A DNA stretch of 64,000 bases from Klebsiella phage vB_KpnM_KB57. The stretch lies in the sequence record NC_028659.1. One strand, 5' to 3'. The stretch's first letter is position 1. The number at the start of each line of letters is the position of its first letter. Shown here piece by piece: positions 17,423-26,728 of the stretch. The position numbers were made by a program, and so were the translations under genes. The notes under the pieces were generated by a model that had not been told where the DNA came from, did no database searches, and worked only from the letters and a program-made list of their open reading frames with translations.

Positions 17423-18305
17423 GAATATCAAACGCGTAGTATTTGCTGGTCTGATCGCCCTGGGTGCAATTGGTCTGACTGGTTGTGAACGTGCAACTGT
17501 TCCGGCGGGTTATGTGGGCGTTAAGGTTGACCTGTATGGTGATGAGAAAGGCGTTCAGCAGCAAGAAGTTGGCGTTGGTAAGTATTGGTTAACCTGGAAC
17601 GAAGAGATCTATCAGTTCCCGACGTTCAACCAGTTGAACAACTACGAACAACCGTTTAACTTCCAGACCAAAGATTCTATGACGGTTACTGCGAAGATCG
17701 GTGTTGAGTATTACGTTGACCGCTCTAAGGTTACCAAGATCTTCCAGACCTACCGTAAAGGCGTCCAGGAGATTACCGATGTCAACATTCGTCAGAATAT
17801 CTCTGATGCGTTGATCAAGGAAGCGGGTACAATGGACATTGGTACACTGGCTGGTGATGGTAAATCTCAGCTTCTGGACCGAGTGACCAAGACCCTGAAG
17901 CAGAAACTTGACCCGGTAGGTATCGTTATTGTGAAACTGTCTTACACTGATGACCTTGGTTATCCTCCTCAGGTAACTGCGTCCATCAACGCTAAGATCG
18001 AAGCGACTCAGAAAGCGCTGCTGCGTGAAAACGAAATCCAGCAGACTAAAGCTGAAGCTCAGAAACAAATTGAAGCAGCTCGCGGTGAAGCAGAATCCCA
18101 GCGACTGCAAGCTCAGGGCCAGGCAGATGCTAAAGTAGCTCTGGCAAAAGGTGAAGCAGAATCCATCCAACTGCGTGGTGATGCTCTCCGTAAGAACCCT
18201 GAAATCATGCAACTGGAAGCGATCAACAAGTGGGACGGTAAAACCCCGACCATTATGGGTGGCAACGGTGCAGTACCTTTCGTAAATCTGCCAGCAGGTA
18301 AGTAA
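17415..18305 (+). CDS. SPFH/Band-7 (prohibitin/HflK-like) domain lipoprotein
   Basis: Lipobox LTGC after a signal peptide. Central SPFH-like region and C-terminal AEAQ/coiled-coil repeat typical of the HflK/stomatin family. Confidence 0.65.
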   Translation: MLKNIKRVVFAGLIALGAIGLTGCERATVPAGYVGVKVDLYGDEKGVQQQEVGVGKYWLTWNEEIYQFPTFNQLNNYEQPFNFQTKDSMTVTAKIGVEYYVDRSKVTKIFQTYRKGVQEITDVNIRQNISDALIKEAGTMDIGTLAGDGKSQLLDRVTKTLKQKLDPVGIVIVKLSYTDDLGYPPQVTASINAKIEATQKALLRENEIQQTKAEAQKQIEAARGEAESQRLQAQGQADAKVALAKGEAESIQLRGDALRKNPEIMQLEAINKWDGKTPTIMGGNGAVPFVNLPAGK

Positions 18306-18307
18306 AG

Positions 18308-18336
18308 GTTGACAAAAGGCCCGGTGATTAGTATCA
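18308..18336 (+). promoter_or_regulatory. sigma70-like promoter TTGACA-N17-TATCAT overlapping a hairpin
   Basis: TTGACA at 18308-13, TATCAT at 18331-36. Inverted repeat CCCGGTGAT/ATCATCGGG. Confidence 0.5.
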
Positions 18337-18367
18337 TCGGGTCTCTACTTACAAAAGGAGATACACA

Positions 18368-18562
18368 ATGATCCGCACAAAAATTCTTATCGCAGCATTG
18401 CTGCTCTCTTCTCCGGTATTCGCAACTGTAAACACTCTCGATTTGGTTGATGAATATACCAACGGCAGCTCTAAGGTCTGCGTTTACAGCGACGGTCATC
18501 GAACAGAGACTGTAACAAAAGATGGCGCTGGTTCTTGTCCAAGTAAGAAAACATTTCATTGA
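18368..18562 (+). CDS. Small secreted protein (64 aa) with signal peptide
   Basis: N-terminal MIRTKILIAALLLSSPVFA signal. RBS AAGGAG. Confidence 0.5.
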   Translation: MIRTKILIAALLLSSPVFATVNTLDLVDEYTNGSSKVCVYSDGHRTETVTKDGAGSCPSKKTFH

Positions 18563-18569
18563 GGGAATA

Positions 18570-19076
18570 ATGCGAGTAACTGATAAATACGTCTTTTTCT
18601 TCACTTACCGGGATATGTTCAGTAATCACTACCGCCAAGTTATTCCTATTCGTTGTGGTGGTTACGAGTTTTTCACTGTAGAACATTACATGATGTTCCA
18701 GAAGGCAATGCTCTTCGATGACAAAGAAATTGCTTCCCGTATCGCTACGGTTGATAACCCTAATGAGGCCAAAGCTCTTGGTCGTCAGGTAAAAGGTTTC
18801 GACAACAGCGTCTGGGAAGAAAATAGAATGGATATAGTGACTTCAGGTCTTGTATTGAAAATGAAGGCCAACAGATCTGTTCTCGAAGCTGCTCTTGGGC
18901 ATCGAGATGCTGGGCGTAAGTTTGTGGAAGCCTCCCCTTATGATGCCATCTGGGGTGTTAAATTAAACGAATATGACACACGTATCGATGACCCAACCAA
19001 CTGGCGTGGTTTGAATCTTCTCGGTAAGTGCTGGGAACGAGCTATTGATATTGTTGTTGCTGCAACGTGGAGGTGA
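18570..19076 (+). CDS. NADAR (YbiA-like, DUF1768) domain protein. Predicted ADP-ribose / N-glycosidic hydrolase.
   Basis: FFFTYRDMFSNHYRQ...GGYEFFTVEHYMMFQKAMLFDD...AKALGRQV...WEENR...ASPYDAIWGV matches NADAR family hallmarks (F.SNF...F.T.EHY.QA.KF...LGR...W.....SP.D.WG). Confidence 0.65.
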   Translation: MRVTDKYVFFFTYRDMFSNHYRQVIPIRCGGYEFFTVEHYMMFQKAMLFDDKEIASRIATVDNPNEAKALGRQVKGFDNSVWEENRMDIVTSGLVLKMKANRSVLEAALGHRDAGRKFVEASPYDAIWGVKLNEYDTRIDDPTNWRGLNLLGKCWERAIDIVVAATWR

Positions 19077-19515
19077 TTTGAAATTAGAGATTGAACTAGT
19101 TCCAAAGACCGCGTGGTTTACTAATCTCCGATCTCGTCTCCCCAAAGCCCAGTGGGATGTTGTCAGAAAGAAGTGTTATGCTAAGGCCAATTATCGATGT
19201 GAAATCTGCGGGGGCAAAGGAACAAAACACCCTGTTGAATGCCATGAGAAGTGGAATTTCGGAGACGGTAAGATAACTCTGATAGGTCTAATCGCGCTAT
19301 GTCCTTCCTGTCATGAAGTCAAGCATATTGGTTTGGCAGGGATCCGTGGGCGTGGTGAAATTGCCCTTCGTCACTTTATGAGAGTGAATGAAGTTAGTCG
19401 CCCTGTGGCAGAGAAATATGTTAAGGAAGCGTTTGATTTGTATCATGAACGAAGCAAGCGCGAAAAGTGGGAATTGGATGTCCGGTATTTGGACGAGTAT
19501 TTGAGTAAAGATTGA
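19045..19515 (+). CDS. HNH endonuclease
   Basis: CEICGG...HPVECHEKWNF...LCPSCHEVKH: CxxC + His + Asn + CxxCH. Start uncertain because of overlap with the upstream gene. Confidence 0.55.
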   Translation: MILLLLQRGGDLKLEIELVPKTAWFTNLRSRLPKAQWDVVRKKCYAKANYRCEICGGKGTKHPVECHEKWNFGDGKITLIGLIALCPSCHEVKHIGLAGIRGRGEIALRHFMRVNEVSRPVAEKYVKEAFDLYHERSKREKWELDVRYLDEYLSKD

Positions 19516-20645
19516 GAGGGCTAGTGGGATATCCGTATGATAAAGATTGGAAAAATAAAGTCACAAAAGACTGCGTATTAGCTTTGGATCTCGACCAGAC
19601 ATGCTTTGTATCAGCCGCTGGTGCTGAAAAGCGTACAATTGAGGTCACTCACATTGAGTCTGGAAGAACAAAGATTTTCAAAAACAGGACTGAGTTTTGG
19701 GGATCGACAAAGAAAGTTGTCGGTGGATGGATCAAAGACCAAAACATGAACATGGAGGCGAAGGCAAAGGCCGAAGGCCGAGTGTTTGTACCGTGGGGTA
19801 GGGATGACTTCACGATTAAAGACATTCAGGAACCGGAACCTGTAGAAAACTGCCTTCATATCCTGAAGACAAAGATCAATGCTATCTTTGAACACCTTGA
19901 GATGGAAAGCAATACAGGGATGGGTGTACTTGGTGGTGAGGGTAACTTCCGCCTTATGCTCCCAGCTCCAGAGCGTTACAAGGGTAATCGTGAGGATACA
20001 TTACGCCCACTCCTTCTTCAGGAAACAAGGGATTATGTTACCCGGAAGTATAACGCTAAGGTGATCAATGGTGTTGAAGCAGATGACTATCTGTCTGTTC
20101 TTGCTTATATGGGGTGGGAGAATTACCAGAAGACCGGGAAGTTCAACTACATCGTGGCATCGTTTGATAAAGACCAGAAAGGAAACCCTGGGCTTATCTT
20201 CGATACTATGCGCGATTCAGAAGAGAAGACATGGAAGCACCCGATCCCTATGTTGATCGACGATTCGATGGGAGAGATCTGGATGGAAGGTAGTAAGGTC
20301 AAGGGATGGGGACGTAAGTTCTTCGGTTACCAGATGCTTTGCGGTGACAGCTCAGATAACATCAAGCCTTACCAGTGTTTCGATATCGCTGGACGTTTCG
20401 GTGATACGGCGGCATTCAATCTGATCGGACACCTTCAGGATGAGAAATCCATGTGGCAAGCGATCATTAACCAGTATAAAACCTGGTTCCCGAACGGTGT
20501 TGAGTTTACTTCGTGGGACGGCACACAACGGAAAATGAGTGCAGGCCAGTGGGCATCTATCATCTTCCAGATGGTCTACATGAAACGTTCTGCAAATGAT
20601 AAGACAACCCTTTCAAGCGAGTTACGCCGTGTGGGGGTTATATGA
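19512..20645 (+). CDS. FEN-family 5'-3' exonuclease / flap endonuclease (T4 RNase H / T5 D15-like)
   Basis: N-terminal VLALDLDQT and GVEADDYLSVLA (G.EADD motif of 5'-3' exonucleases). Confidence 0.6.
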   Translation: MRGLVGYPYDKDWKNKVTKDCVLALDLDQTCFVSAAGAEKRTIEVTHIESGRTKIFKNRTEFWGSTKKVVGGWIKDQNMNMEAKAKAEGRVFVPWGRDDFTIKDIQEPEPVENCLHILKTKINAIFEHLEMESNTGMGVLGGEGNFRLMLPAPERYKGNREDTLRPLLLQETRDYVTRKYNAKVINGVEADDYLSVLAYMGWENYQKTGKFNYIVASFDKDQKGNPGLIFDTMRDSEEKTWKHPIPMLIDDSMGEIWMEGSKVKGWGRKFFGYQMLCGDSSDNIKPYQCFDIAGRFGDTAAFNLIGHLQDEKSMWQAIINQYKTWFPNGVEFTSWDGTQRKMSAGQWASIIFQMVYMKRSANDKTTLSSELRRVGVI

Positions 20646-20962
20646 TTGATAACTTAATCATGCAGGCAGTTATGAGGGATGCTGAGGCGCTGGCTGTTCC
20701 CAGCGTCAAGGGTAAATTCTTAGTCGCCACAGGATTGTGGCGCATGGTTGAGTCTGGTGATGATTGCTATGTGATTTTCACTGATGACTATACTGATCCG
20801 AATGTTGCATTCACCGTATTGCTTCTGGATAATTGCGAGCTGGTAGAAGGTGAGAAGCTGTTGATGTTAACAAGCGTTTTGCTAGACACTCAAGAATTCT
20901 CGCTTGTTGTCTTCAAGGACCAAAATGACTCGGAGGTAACCGATGAAGCTGATGTCGGTTGA
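20642..20962 (+). CDS. Hypothetical protein (106 aa)
   Basis: ATGA overlap. Confidence 0.45.
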   Translation: MIDNLIMQAVMRDAEALAVPSVKGKFLVATGLWRMVESGDDCYVIFTDDYTDPNVAFTVLLLDNCELVEGEKLLMLTSVLLDTQEFSLVVFKDQNDSEVTDEADVG

Positions 20963-21557
20963 TCAGAGTCTTAGCCATTGTGCTGTTGTCATATTCGATG
21001 ATGGAGTGCCTGTTTACCGGGAAATGATCAGAACAGGCTCAAACAATAGCAAGAGCAAGAAAAACAAGGATGTTATTTATTTTGACAATGTTCATGAACA
21101 GATTAGGTTCATTGTTGGCAGAATCCTTACTTTGGCTGAAGAACATCGGATTGACAAATATGTTATGGAGGCCCTTAGCCTTAGTTCTATCGGCAGCGCC
21201 ACTCGGGATTTGGCTGGTCTGTTCTACTGTATTGTGTACGGGTTGTATCAGTCAGCAATTTTGGGGTATCAAGCGATCCATACTGTAGCCCCTACCTCTG
21301 TGAAGGCTTATGCCAGAGCACTTTTGCCTGAATCAGAACGCACAGTTGTTAAAGAAAAGGTTGACAAAAAGACCGGGAAAAAGGTATACTCAACAGGTCA
21401 GGTTAAAATGGAAAAATCGCACATGGTGAGAGCAGTAGATTGTGATTTTCCAGGTTGGCTTGATGGAATGACTCTTGCCGCCGGAAAGGCTGACTACGCA
21501 GATGCATATTTGATAGGGAAGAAGTTCTTGGAGGATATATCCGTAGGAAAAGAATAA
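20943..21557 (+). CDS. RuvC-like Holliday junction resolvase (tentative)
   Basis: N-terminal Asp (SVDQS), MEAL Glu, and C-terminal ADYADAYLIG resembling the RuvC D.ADA..IA motif. Confidence 0.45.
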   Translation: MKLMSVDQSLSHCAVVIFDDGVPVYREMIRTGSNNSKSKKNKDVIYFDNVHEQIRFIVGRILTLAEEHRIDKYVMEALSLSSIGSATRDLAGLFYCIVYGLYQSAILGYQAIHTVAPTSVKAYARALLPESERTVVKEKVDKKTGKKVYSTGQVKMEKSHMVRAVDCDFPGWLDGMTLAAGKADYADAYLIGKKFLEDISVGKE

Positions 21558-21625
21558 AGAGTCGAGCATCCAAACCAAAAGCAAGGAAGAAGCCAGTAGT
21601 TGTACCATTAACACCGGAACTTTGG

Positions 21626-22096
21626 GTGAAAGATGCAAAGCAGATTGCTGCTTTCAGAAACAAATTGATTCTGGAGCAGCAAGGGTTAGATCCTATACTC
21701 GGCGAGCCACTTCGCAAACCGTGCTTGGATCATGACCACTTCGAAGGTAAATGCAGAGGTGTCCTTAGTCAGTGCGTGAATACTTTTGAGGGATATGTCC
21801 TGAAGGCTTGGATGAAGTACGTTTCAGAGAATACTCAGACGTCGTTATCCACCGCTCTTAGAAATTTGGCAGATTACTTAGAGCAAGACTTCAGTGGCTA
21901 TCCGCTTCACGGCGGGTTTAAGAACGATATGTTGAAGTTTTTGAGAAGATGCACCAACGAGAAGATAATTGAAAGAGCTAAGGCAGACCTTGGCATAATT
22001 ATCCCCGAAGGTACTCAGAAACAAGACAGCCTCTTGCTATACCTTACAGAGTTCGTCAAGCAGACGGAGGAAAAACATGCCAAAGAAACCACTTAA
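21626..22096 (+). CDS. Endonuclease VII-family recombination endonuclease
   Basis: CLDHDHFEGKCRGVLSQCVN matches the Endonuclease_7 signature LDHDH..G..RG.LC..CN. Confidence 0.65.
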   Translation: MKDAKQIAAFRNKLILEQQGLDPILGEPLRKPCLDHDHFEGKCRGVLSQCVNTFEGYVLKAWMKYVSENTQTSLSTALRNLADYLEQDFSGYPLHGGFKNDMLKFLRRCTNEKIIERAKADLGIIIPEGTQKQDSLLLYLTEFVKQTEEKHAKETT

Positions 22097-22280
22097 GTTC
22101 TTTTACAGAAATTGGCGAGGTAAGTGCGGATATCGTACTGTAGAAGAACCCGTCATGTGGTATGGGTCTACCCAGTATCACAAGAACTCTCAATGGTTTA
22201 TTAGAGGTTATGATCTCGATAAACAAGACTTTAGAGATTTCGCTGTGAATGATATCATTGAATTCGTCCGAGAGGTGTAA
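22077..22280 (+). CDS. Hypothetical protein (67 aa)
   Basis: ORF. Confidence 0.4.
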   Translation: MPKKPLKFFYRNWRGKCGYRTVEEPVMWYGSTQYHKNSQWFIRGYDLDKQDFRDFAVNDIIEFVREV

Positions 22281-23221
22281 TGCTACCTGTAGATAAAAAG
22301 ATTATAGAACTTCATGAAAGCGGAATGAGTAACCGTGAAATTGCTCGCACATTCCTTGGAAAAGAGTCGAGAGAGTCATACATCCGTTTGGTTCTTAAGC
22401 GTCATAGCGCAGAGTCTACGCCTTTGACAAAGTCCTTAGTATCTGATTATAAGAAAGCTAAAATCCTGTTCTTAGACATCGAGACCGCGCCGCTGAAGGG
22501 ACATCTCTGGAGTCTTTGGCAGAACGGGATTGGATTGAACCAGCTGGTTTCTGACTGGTACATGCTATCTTTCGTAGCCAAATGGGCTGATCAGGACGAG
22601 GTCATTTATCGCGATATCCGTGATAACTACGATAAGGAAAGTGATGCATCTATCCTTCAAGACCTGTGGGATTTGCTTGATGAAGCGGATTTTGTTGTTG
22701 GGCATAATGTCCGTAAGTTCGACATTAAGAAGGTCAATGCTCGTTTCCTGTTGAATGGAATGGATAAGCCGTCAACTTTCCGTATTATCGATACCATGCT
22801 TATTGCCAAAGCCCTGTTTGGATTCACCTCCAACAAGCTGGAATACTTGACAGATCGCCTGTGTACGAAATACAAGAAGTCTAAGCATACCAAGTTCCCA
22901 GGACATCTCCTGTGGGATGAGTGCCTGAAAGGCAACCCTGAAGCTTGGGATGAGATGGAAGAGTATAACAAGTTCGACGTTTTATCGAACCAAGAGTTGT
23001 ACGAAATCTTCATGCCTTGGGATTCTCGTCTGCCTAACTTCGATCTGTATGTTGATGGTGTTCTGGATATGAGTGAGTGGATCGAGGATGGCTTCCATTA
23101 CACCAACCTTGGCAAGTACCAACGTTACCGTCACAAGGTCACCGGGCAACAGCGCCGTGGGAGAACAAACCTTCTCTCGAAAGAGAAACGAGCGCAACTG
23201 CTATCAAATATTTTGGTTTAA
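22280..23221 (+). CDS. DnaQ-like DEDDh 3'-5' exonuclease with N-terminal HTH
   Basis: Exo I FLDIETAP, Exo II VVGHNVRKFD, Exo III Y...D region. N-terminal LHESGMSNREIARTF is sigma70 region 4-like. Confidence 0.6.
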   Translation: MLPVDKKIIELHESGMSNREIARTFLGKESRESYIRLVLKRHSAESTPLTKSLVSDYKKAKILFLDIETAPLKGHLWSLWQNGIGLNQLVSDWYMLSFVAKWADQDEVIYRDIRDNYDKESDASILQDLWDLLDEADFVVGHNVRKFDIKKVNARFLLNGMDKPSTFRIIDTMLIAKALFGFTSNKLEYLTDRLCTKYKKSKHTKFPGHLLWDECLKGNPEAWDEMEEYNKFDVLSNQELYEIFMPWDSRLPNFDLYVDGVLDMSEWIEDGFHYTNLGKYQRYRHKVTGQQRRGRTNLLSKEKRAQLLSNILV

Positions 23222-23225
23222 CTTT

Positions 23226-23246
23226 AAGGGCTTCGGCCCTTTGCAA
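23226..23246 (+). terminator. Rho-independent terminator (GGGCttcgGCCC + TTT)
   Basis: TTCG tetraloop hairpin followed by a T run. Confidence 0.55.
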
Positions 23247-23256
23247 AGGAGATTCT

Positions 23257-23442
23257 ATGGGAAGAGAAATTGTTGTTAAAGTTCCTGATGCCGCAGATGA
23301 TGATTGGCTGCGAGAGCAGATCGAATCCTTACGTGTAAGGATCGAGGCTGTTGTAGAGGTTGAGGATAACGAAGAAAGCTTTAATAAGTTAGGGGCTTGC
23401 CTTGACATCATTGATGCACTTCAACAGTATACGGGGTACTAA
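23257..23442 (+). CDS. Hypothetical acidic protein (61 aa)
   Basis: RBS AGGAG after the terminator. Confidence 0.45.
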   Translation: MGREIVVKVPDAADDDWLREQIESLRVRIEAVVEVEDNEESFNKLGACLDIIDALQQYTGY

Positions 23443-24047
23443 TGGATATTATTGTTCTGAATGCTCCCCCACAGAGCGGTAAAGATGAGATTTCTGCGTA
23501 CCTTTGTAAAGGTAACCCAAACATCAACCACGAAGAGGTAAAGGAACTCCTTTTTGAGGTTGCTATTCGTTCAGCGGGAATTTCCCGTGAGTTGTGGGAT
23601 GCAATGTATACCCGTCGGTATAAAGAGATCCCAAGCCCATACCTGATGATTGATGGTGTGAATGTGTCGCCACGTCAGTGGATGATCCATTGCTCCGAAA
23701 AGGTAATCAAGCCATTGTTCGGCAAGTCAGCATTCGGTAAAGCTGCTGTGGAAAAGTTGAAGCAGACCTATGCAAATGACGAGGTGATTGTATTCTCAGA
23801 TGGTGGCTTTGCTGAGGAAATCAAAGAGTTGTCCGATTATGCATACTCGACTGGTGGTGAATTCTTCCTTGCGCGTATCCACCGAAAAGGTTATGATTGG
23901 GGGAATGACAGTCGTAACTGGTTATACCTTGACGGCATCCGAGGTCATGAACGTGACTTCGATAACAAAGAGGGCGGTATGAACGACTGTGCAGAAGAGA
24001 TCCTTGAGTGGGCAAGAACAATTAGCTATGGAGAAGACGATGCGTAA
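23442..24047 (+). CDS. P-loop dNMP-kinase-like protein (201 aa), tentative
   Basis: NAPPQSGKDEISAYL resembles T4 gp1 GVKRSGKDT. Confidence 0.4.
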   Translation: MDIIVLNAPPQSGKDEISAYLCKGNPNINHEEVKELLFEVAIRSAGISRELWDAMYTRRYKEIPSPYLMIDGVNVSPRQWMIHCSEKVIKPLFGKSAFGKAAVEKLKQTYANDEVIVFSDGGFAEEIKELSDYAYSTGGEFFLARIHRKGYDWGNDSRNWLYLDGIRGHERDFDNKEGGMNDCAEEILEWARTISYGEDDA

Positions 24048-24642
24048 ACCGATGAATATAGGTATTGATGTCGACCTAACTTTTGTAGATTCTGGTACTC
24101 CTTGGCTTCATTGGTTGGAACTGATGTATGGCGTTAAGGCCGACTGTAGTTTGCCACCCCCGAACCCACAGGGGAAGACTTACTATAATCTTTCTAAATA
24201 TTTTCCACCCGCGAAGGTGAATCAATTACCTCCGTATGAGTTCTGGGAAGACCCTTATTTGTACGATAGGCTGAAACCACGCCCTGGCGCTGTTGAAGCA
24301 GTGGCCGCATTTGCTGAAGCTGGCCACTTCAACCAATTTGTATCATACTGCAAAAAGGGACACTTCTCGTCTAAGGTACGCTTCTTGAAACGTGAGACAG
24401 AAGAGTTCTTCAGCCTTGAGCCGGGTTCTGGTCATGGTTTTTATGCGACGAAGAACAAAGCCGGTCTTAAGCTTGAAGTCATTATTGATGATCGCAATGA
24501 ATTCCTGAATCAGTTCGGAGATGACGTACTTAAGATTAAGTTCTGGACGCCGTATGACCAATCTGAGGAGTTGAAAGTCTCGATTGACCTTGAGACATCC
24601 GACTGGAGTCATATTCAGGACTTTATTCTGGACCTCTCCTGA
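24040..24642 (+). CDS. HAD-superfamily hydrolase-like (possible 5'(3')-deoxyribonucleotidase)
   Basis: N-terminal IGIDVDLTFVDSG approximates the HAD motif I DxDxT. Confidence 0.35.
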   Translation: MRKPMNIGIDVDLTFVDSGTPWLHWLELMYGVKADCSLPPPNPQGKTYYNLSKYFPPAKVNQLPPYEFWEDPYLYDRLKPRPGAVEAVAAFAEAGHFNQFVSYCKKGHFSSKVRFLKRETEEFFSLEPGSGHGFYATKNKAGLKLEVIIDDRNEFLNQFGDDVLKIKFWTPYDQSEELKVSIDLETSDWSHIQDFILDLS

Positions 24643-24842
24643 TGAAAAGGAATAGATGCGAGGGCGGTGATTTCATCGTCCGTCAGGGTAAGTGGTACGA
24701 AGTGTTCGATGAGAAGGATAATTTCGTGTACTCATTCAAAGCGACAAGCGACATGTGTAAGAATGTGCTTAACCGCTACTTGGTGTTCAAGGCAGACCTT
24801 GATCCAAATGTTAACTACAAAATTAAGAGGGTTGGAAAATGA
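24642..24842 (+). CDS. Hypothetical protein (66 aa)
   Basis: ORF. Confidence 0.4.
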   Translation: MKRNRCEGGDFIVRQGKWYEVFDEKDNFVYSFKATSDMCKNVLNRYLVFKADLDPNVNYKIKRVGK

Positions 24843-25156
24843 CAAAGGATGAAATGGCGGAACACATCCGTACACAAGCAACGGCTCGTGTGAATCGTGT
24901 TATTGAAGGGATGTTCCCAGGTACAGGACTGACTGCGGATATCATGGGAATTGATGCAGATTTTAATAAAGGTCTTTTTGATGACGTCTATCTGAACTTA
25001 TTCTCTCTCAGCGAACTGGAAGAGATTATTACCCCCCAGATCAAATACAAAGGCCGTCTTGCTGAACTTGACCTGCTAGTTGAAACTGCCGTCGCCGCCC
25101 GTATGGCTGAAAACCAAGACAAGATTATTGAGAAATTAGGAGCAATGAGTGAGTAA
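24839..25156 (+). CDS. Hypothetical protein (105 aa)
   Basis: ORF. Confidence 0.4.
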   Translation: MTKDEMAEHIRTQATARVNRVIEGMFPGTGLTADIMGIDADFNKGLFDDVYLNLFSLSELEEIITPQIKYKGRLAELDLLVETAVAARMAENQDKIIEKLGAMSE

Positions 25157-26168
25157 TTTGATTTCCGTAAAAATTGTAGCTGACAGCATTTCACCTTCTG
25201 GTTCTCGGATCACAACTTTCGAGCTTGAATATCCACGAATTATTCACAGTGAGTTGATGACTCACCGACTGTTAAGTAGGAATGCGATGAGCAGTCGTGC
25301 TATTCCGATCAATAAGATGATCGACCAAGTACGTAATGACCCCGCAATGCCAGTTAAGTTCGGAAAGAATCAGCCGGGTATGCAGGATGCTGGTGAACAT
25401 GGGGCCTATGTAATGTACGAATGGGATGGCCTCACTTATGTGAATACCGCAGAAATGGCGTGGCGAGCTGCTGGACAATCTGCCTGTATCTTTGCTGAGG
25501 CTTTCTCAAATGCGGGTTACCACAAACAGATTGCAAACCGCCTCCTAGAACCATACCAAAGGATGAAGACAGTTGTCACCGCTACAGACTGGAATAACTT
25601 CTTCTGGTTGCGTGTTGATAAGGATGCTGATCCTACGATCTATGAACTAGCTAAGGCAATGAAAGAGGCTAGCGATAACTCTATCCCAGACCCTCTTGAA
25701 CCGGGACAGTGGCATACACCATACGTTGACCACGTTTATGGCTTTGAAGATATCGACGACAAAGAGTGTGCAGTATTTGAAGGCTATTGCGTTCTTGACG
25801 AAGAGAACAAGCCTGTAATGCTGACCCTAGAAGAGGCTTTGGCTGTTTCCGCATCTTGTTGTGCTCAGGTGTCTTATCGTGTTCTGAATACGAGCAAAGA
25901 AAAGGCTCTGGATATCTATGAGAAGTTGGTGAGTGGTAACAAGGTTCATGCCTCTCCATTCGAACATCAGGCTACACCTATGGCAGAATACAGGGAAATT
26001 GAGAACTCTGATTATTTAACTATCGGGCATATTAACTTTCCCCGTGATCCAAGCTCTTGGGAAGAAGGTATCACACACGCAGATCGTCAAGGGCAACTCT
26101 GGTCCGGTAACCTGCGTGGGTGGCGACAACATCGCCAGTTAGTGCCTGACAATGCAATTTCAGGTTGA
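25149..26168 (+). CDS. thyX: Flavin-dependent thymidylate synthase ThyX-like
   Basis: ELMTHRLLSRNAMSSRAIP approximates the ThyX RHRxxSxxxxSxRY signature. Sits next to nrd genes. Confidence 0.6.
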   Translation: MSNLISVKIVADSISPSGSRITTFELEYPRIIHSELMTHRLLSRNAMSSRAIPINKMIDQVRNDPAMPVKFGKNQPGMQDAGEHGAYVMYEWDGLTYVNTAEMAWRAAGQSACIFAEAFSNAGYHKQIANRLLEPYQRMKTVVTATDWNNFFWLRVDKDADPTIYELAKAMKEASDNSIPDPLEPGQWHTPYVDHVYGFEDIDDKECAVFEGYCVLDEENKPVMLTLEEALAVSASCCAQVSYRVLNTSKEKALDIYEKLVSGNKVHASPFEHQATPMAEYREIENSDYLTIGHINFPRDPSSWEEGITHADRQGQLWSGNLRGWRQHRQLVPDNAISG

Positions 26169-26193
26169 CAAAGATATAGTTAATTCGTATCTT
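26165..26193 (+). promoter_or_regulatory. Candidate sigma70 promoter TTGACA-N17-TATCTT
   Basis: TTGACA at 26165-70. Confidence 0.4.
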
Positions 26194-26248
26194 AGAAGCA
26201 TATTAATTAGGGGCGATTTTGCCCCTTGTCAGGCAGAATGGAGATTAC

Positions 26249-26728
26249 ATGAGTAAAGAAAAACGCAAGCCACCCCAACACATTTCGGTCACCATTGACT
26301 TCCTGAGAACGGTCCCAGGGTTTGATGTCCAGAAAGATAATGACCTCCGCGCTGCCTTATACGCACTCGGTTTTCAGGTTACCGATAAAGATGGGAATCC
26401 TAAACACGTAACTGTGTTCCAAAACAAAAATGTAAGATGTGCCAACATGCCATCGACGTATCGTAAGACAATGATTTTTGTAGGAGAAATGCGACCTGAT
26501 TATAAATACGCGAAGATATACAACGGTGTTGAAATCCTTGATGTAGGGGTTTATTCAGGCAGTGATATGGAATTTGTTTTAGATCTTCCTTACGACATCC
26601 CTGTAATTGAAAAAGTTAACACCCGCAAGTATACCAAGCGAGGTGATCGACCAGAGACATTTGAAATCACTTTCGATATTGAAGACGAAGCTCGTCTGGG
26701 CGATGTATTTGGCCTGGAGGACGAATGA
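26249..26728 (+). CDS. Hypothetical protein (~159 aa)
   Basis: Start at the Met preceded by GGAG. Confidence 0.45.
   Translation: MSKEKRKPPQHISVTIDFLRTVPGFDVQKDNDLRAALYALGFQVTDKDGNPKHVTVFQNKNVRCANMPSTYRKTMIFVGEMRPDYKYAKIYNGVEILDVGVYSGSDMEFVLDLPYDIPVIEKVNTRKYTKRGDRPETFEITFDIEDEARLGDVFGLEDE

Noticed and set aside
17589-18212. 207-aa minus-strand ORF inside the SPFH gene
   Set aside because: Antisense shadow ORF of a well-supported gene in a unidirectional operon.
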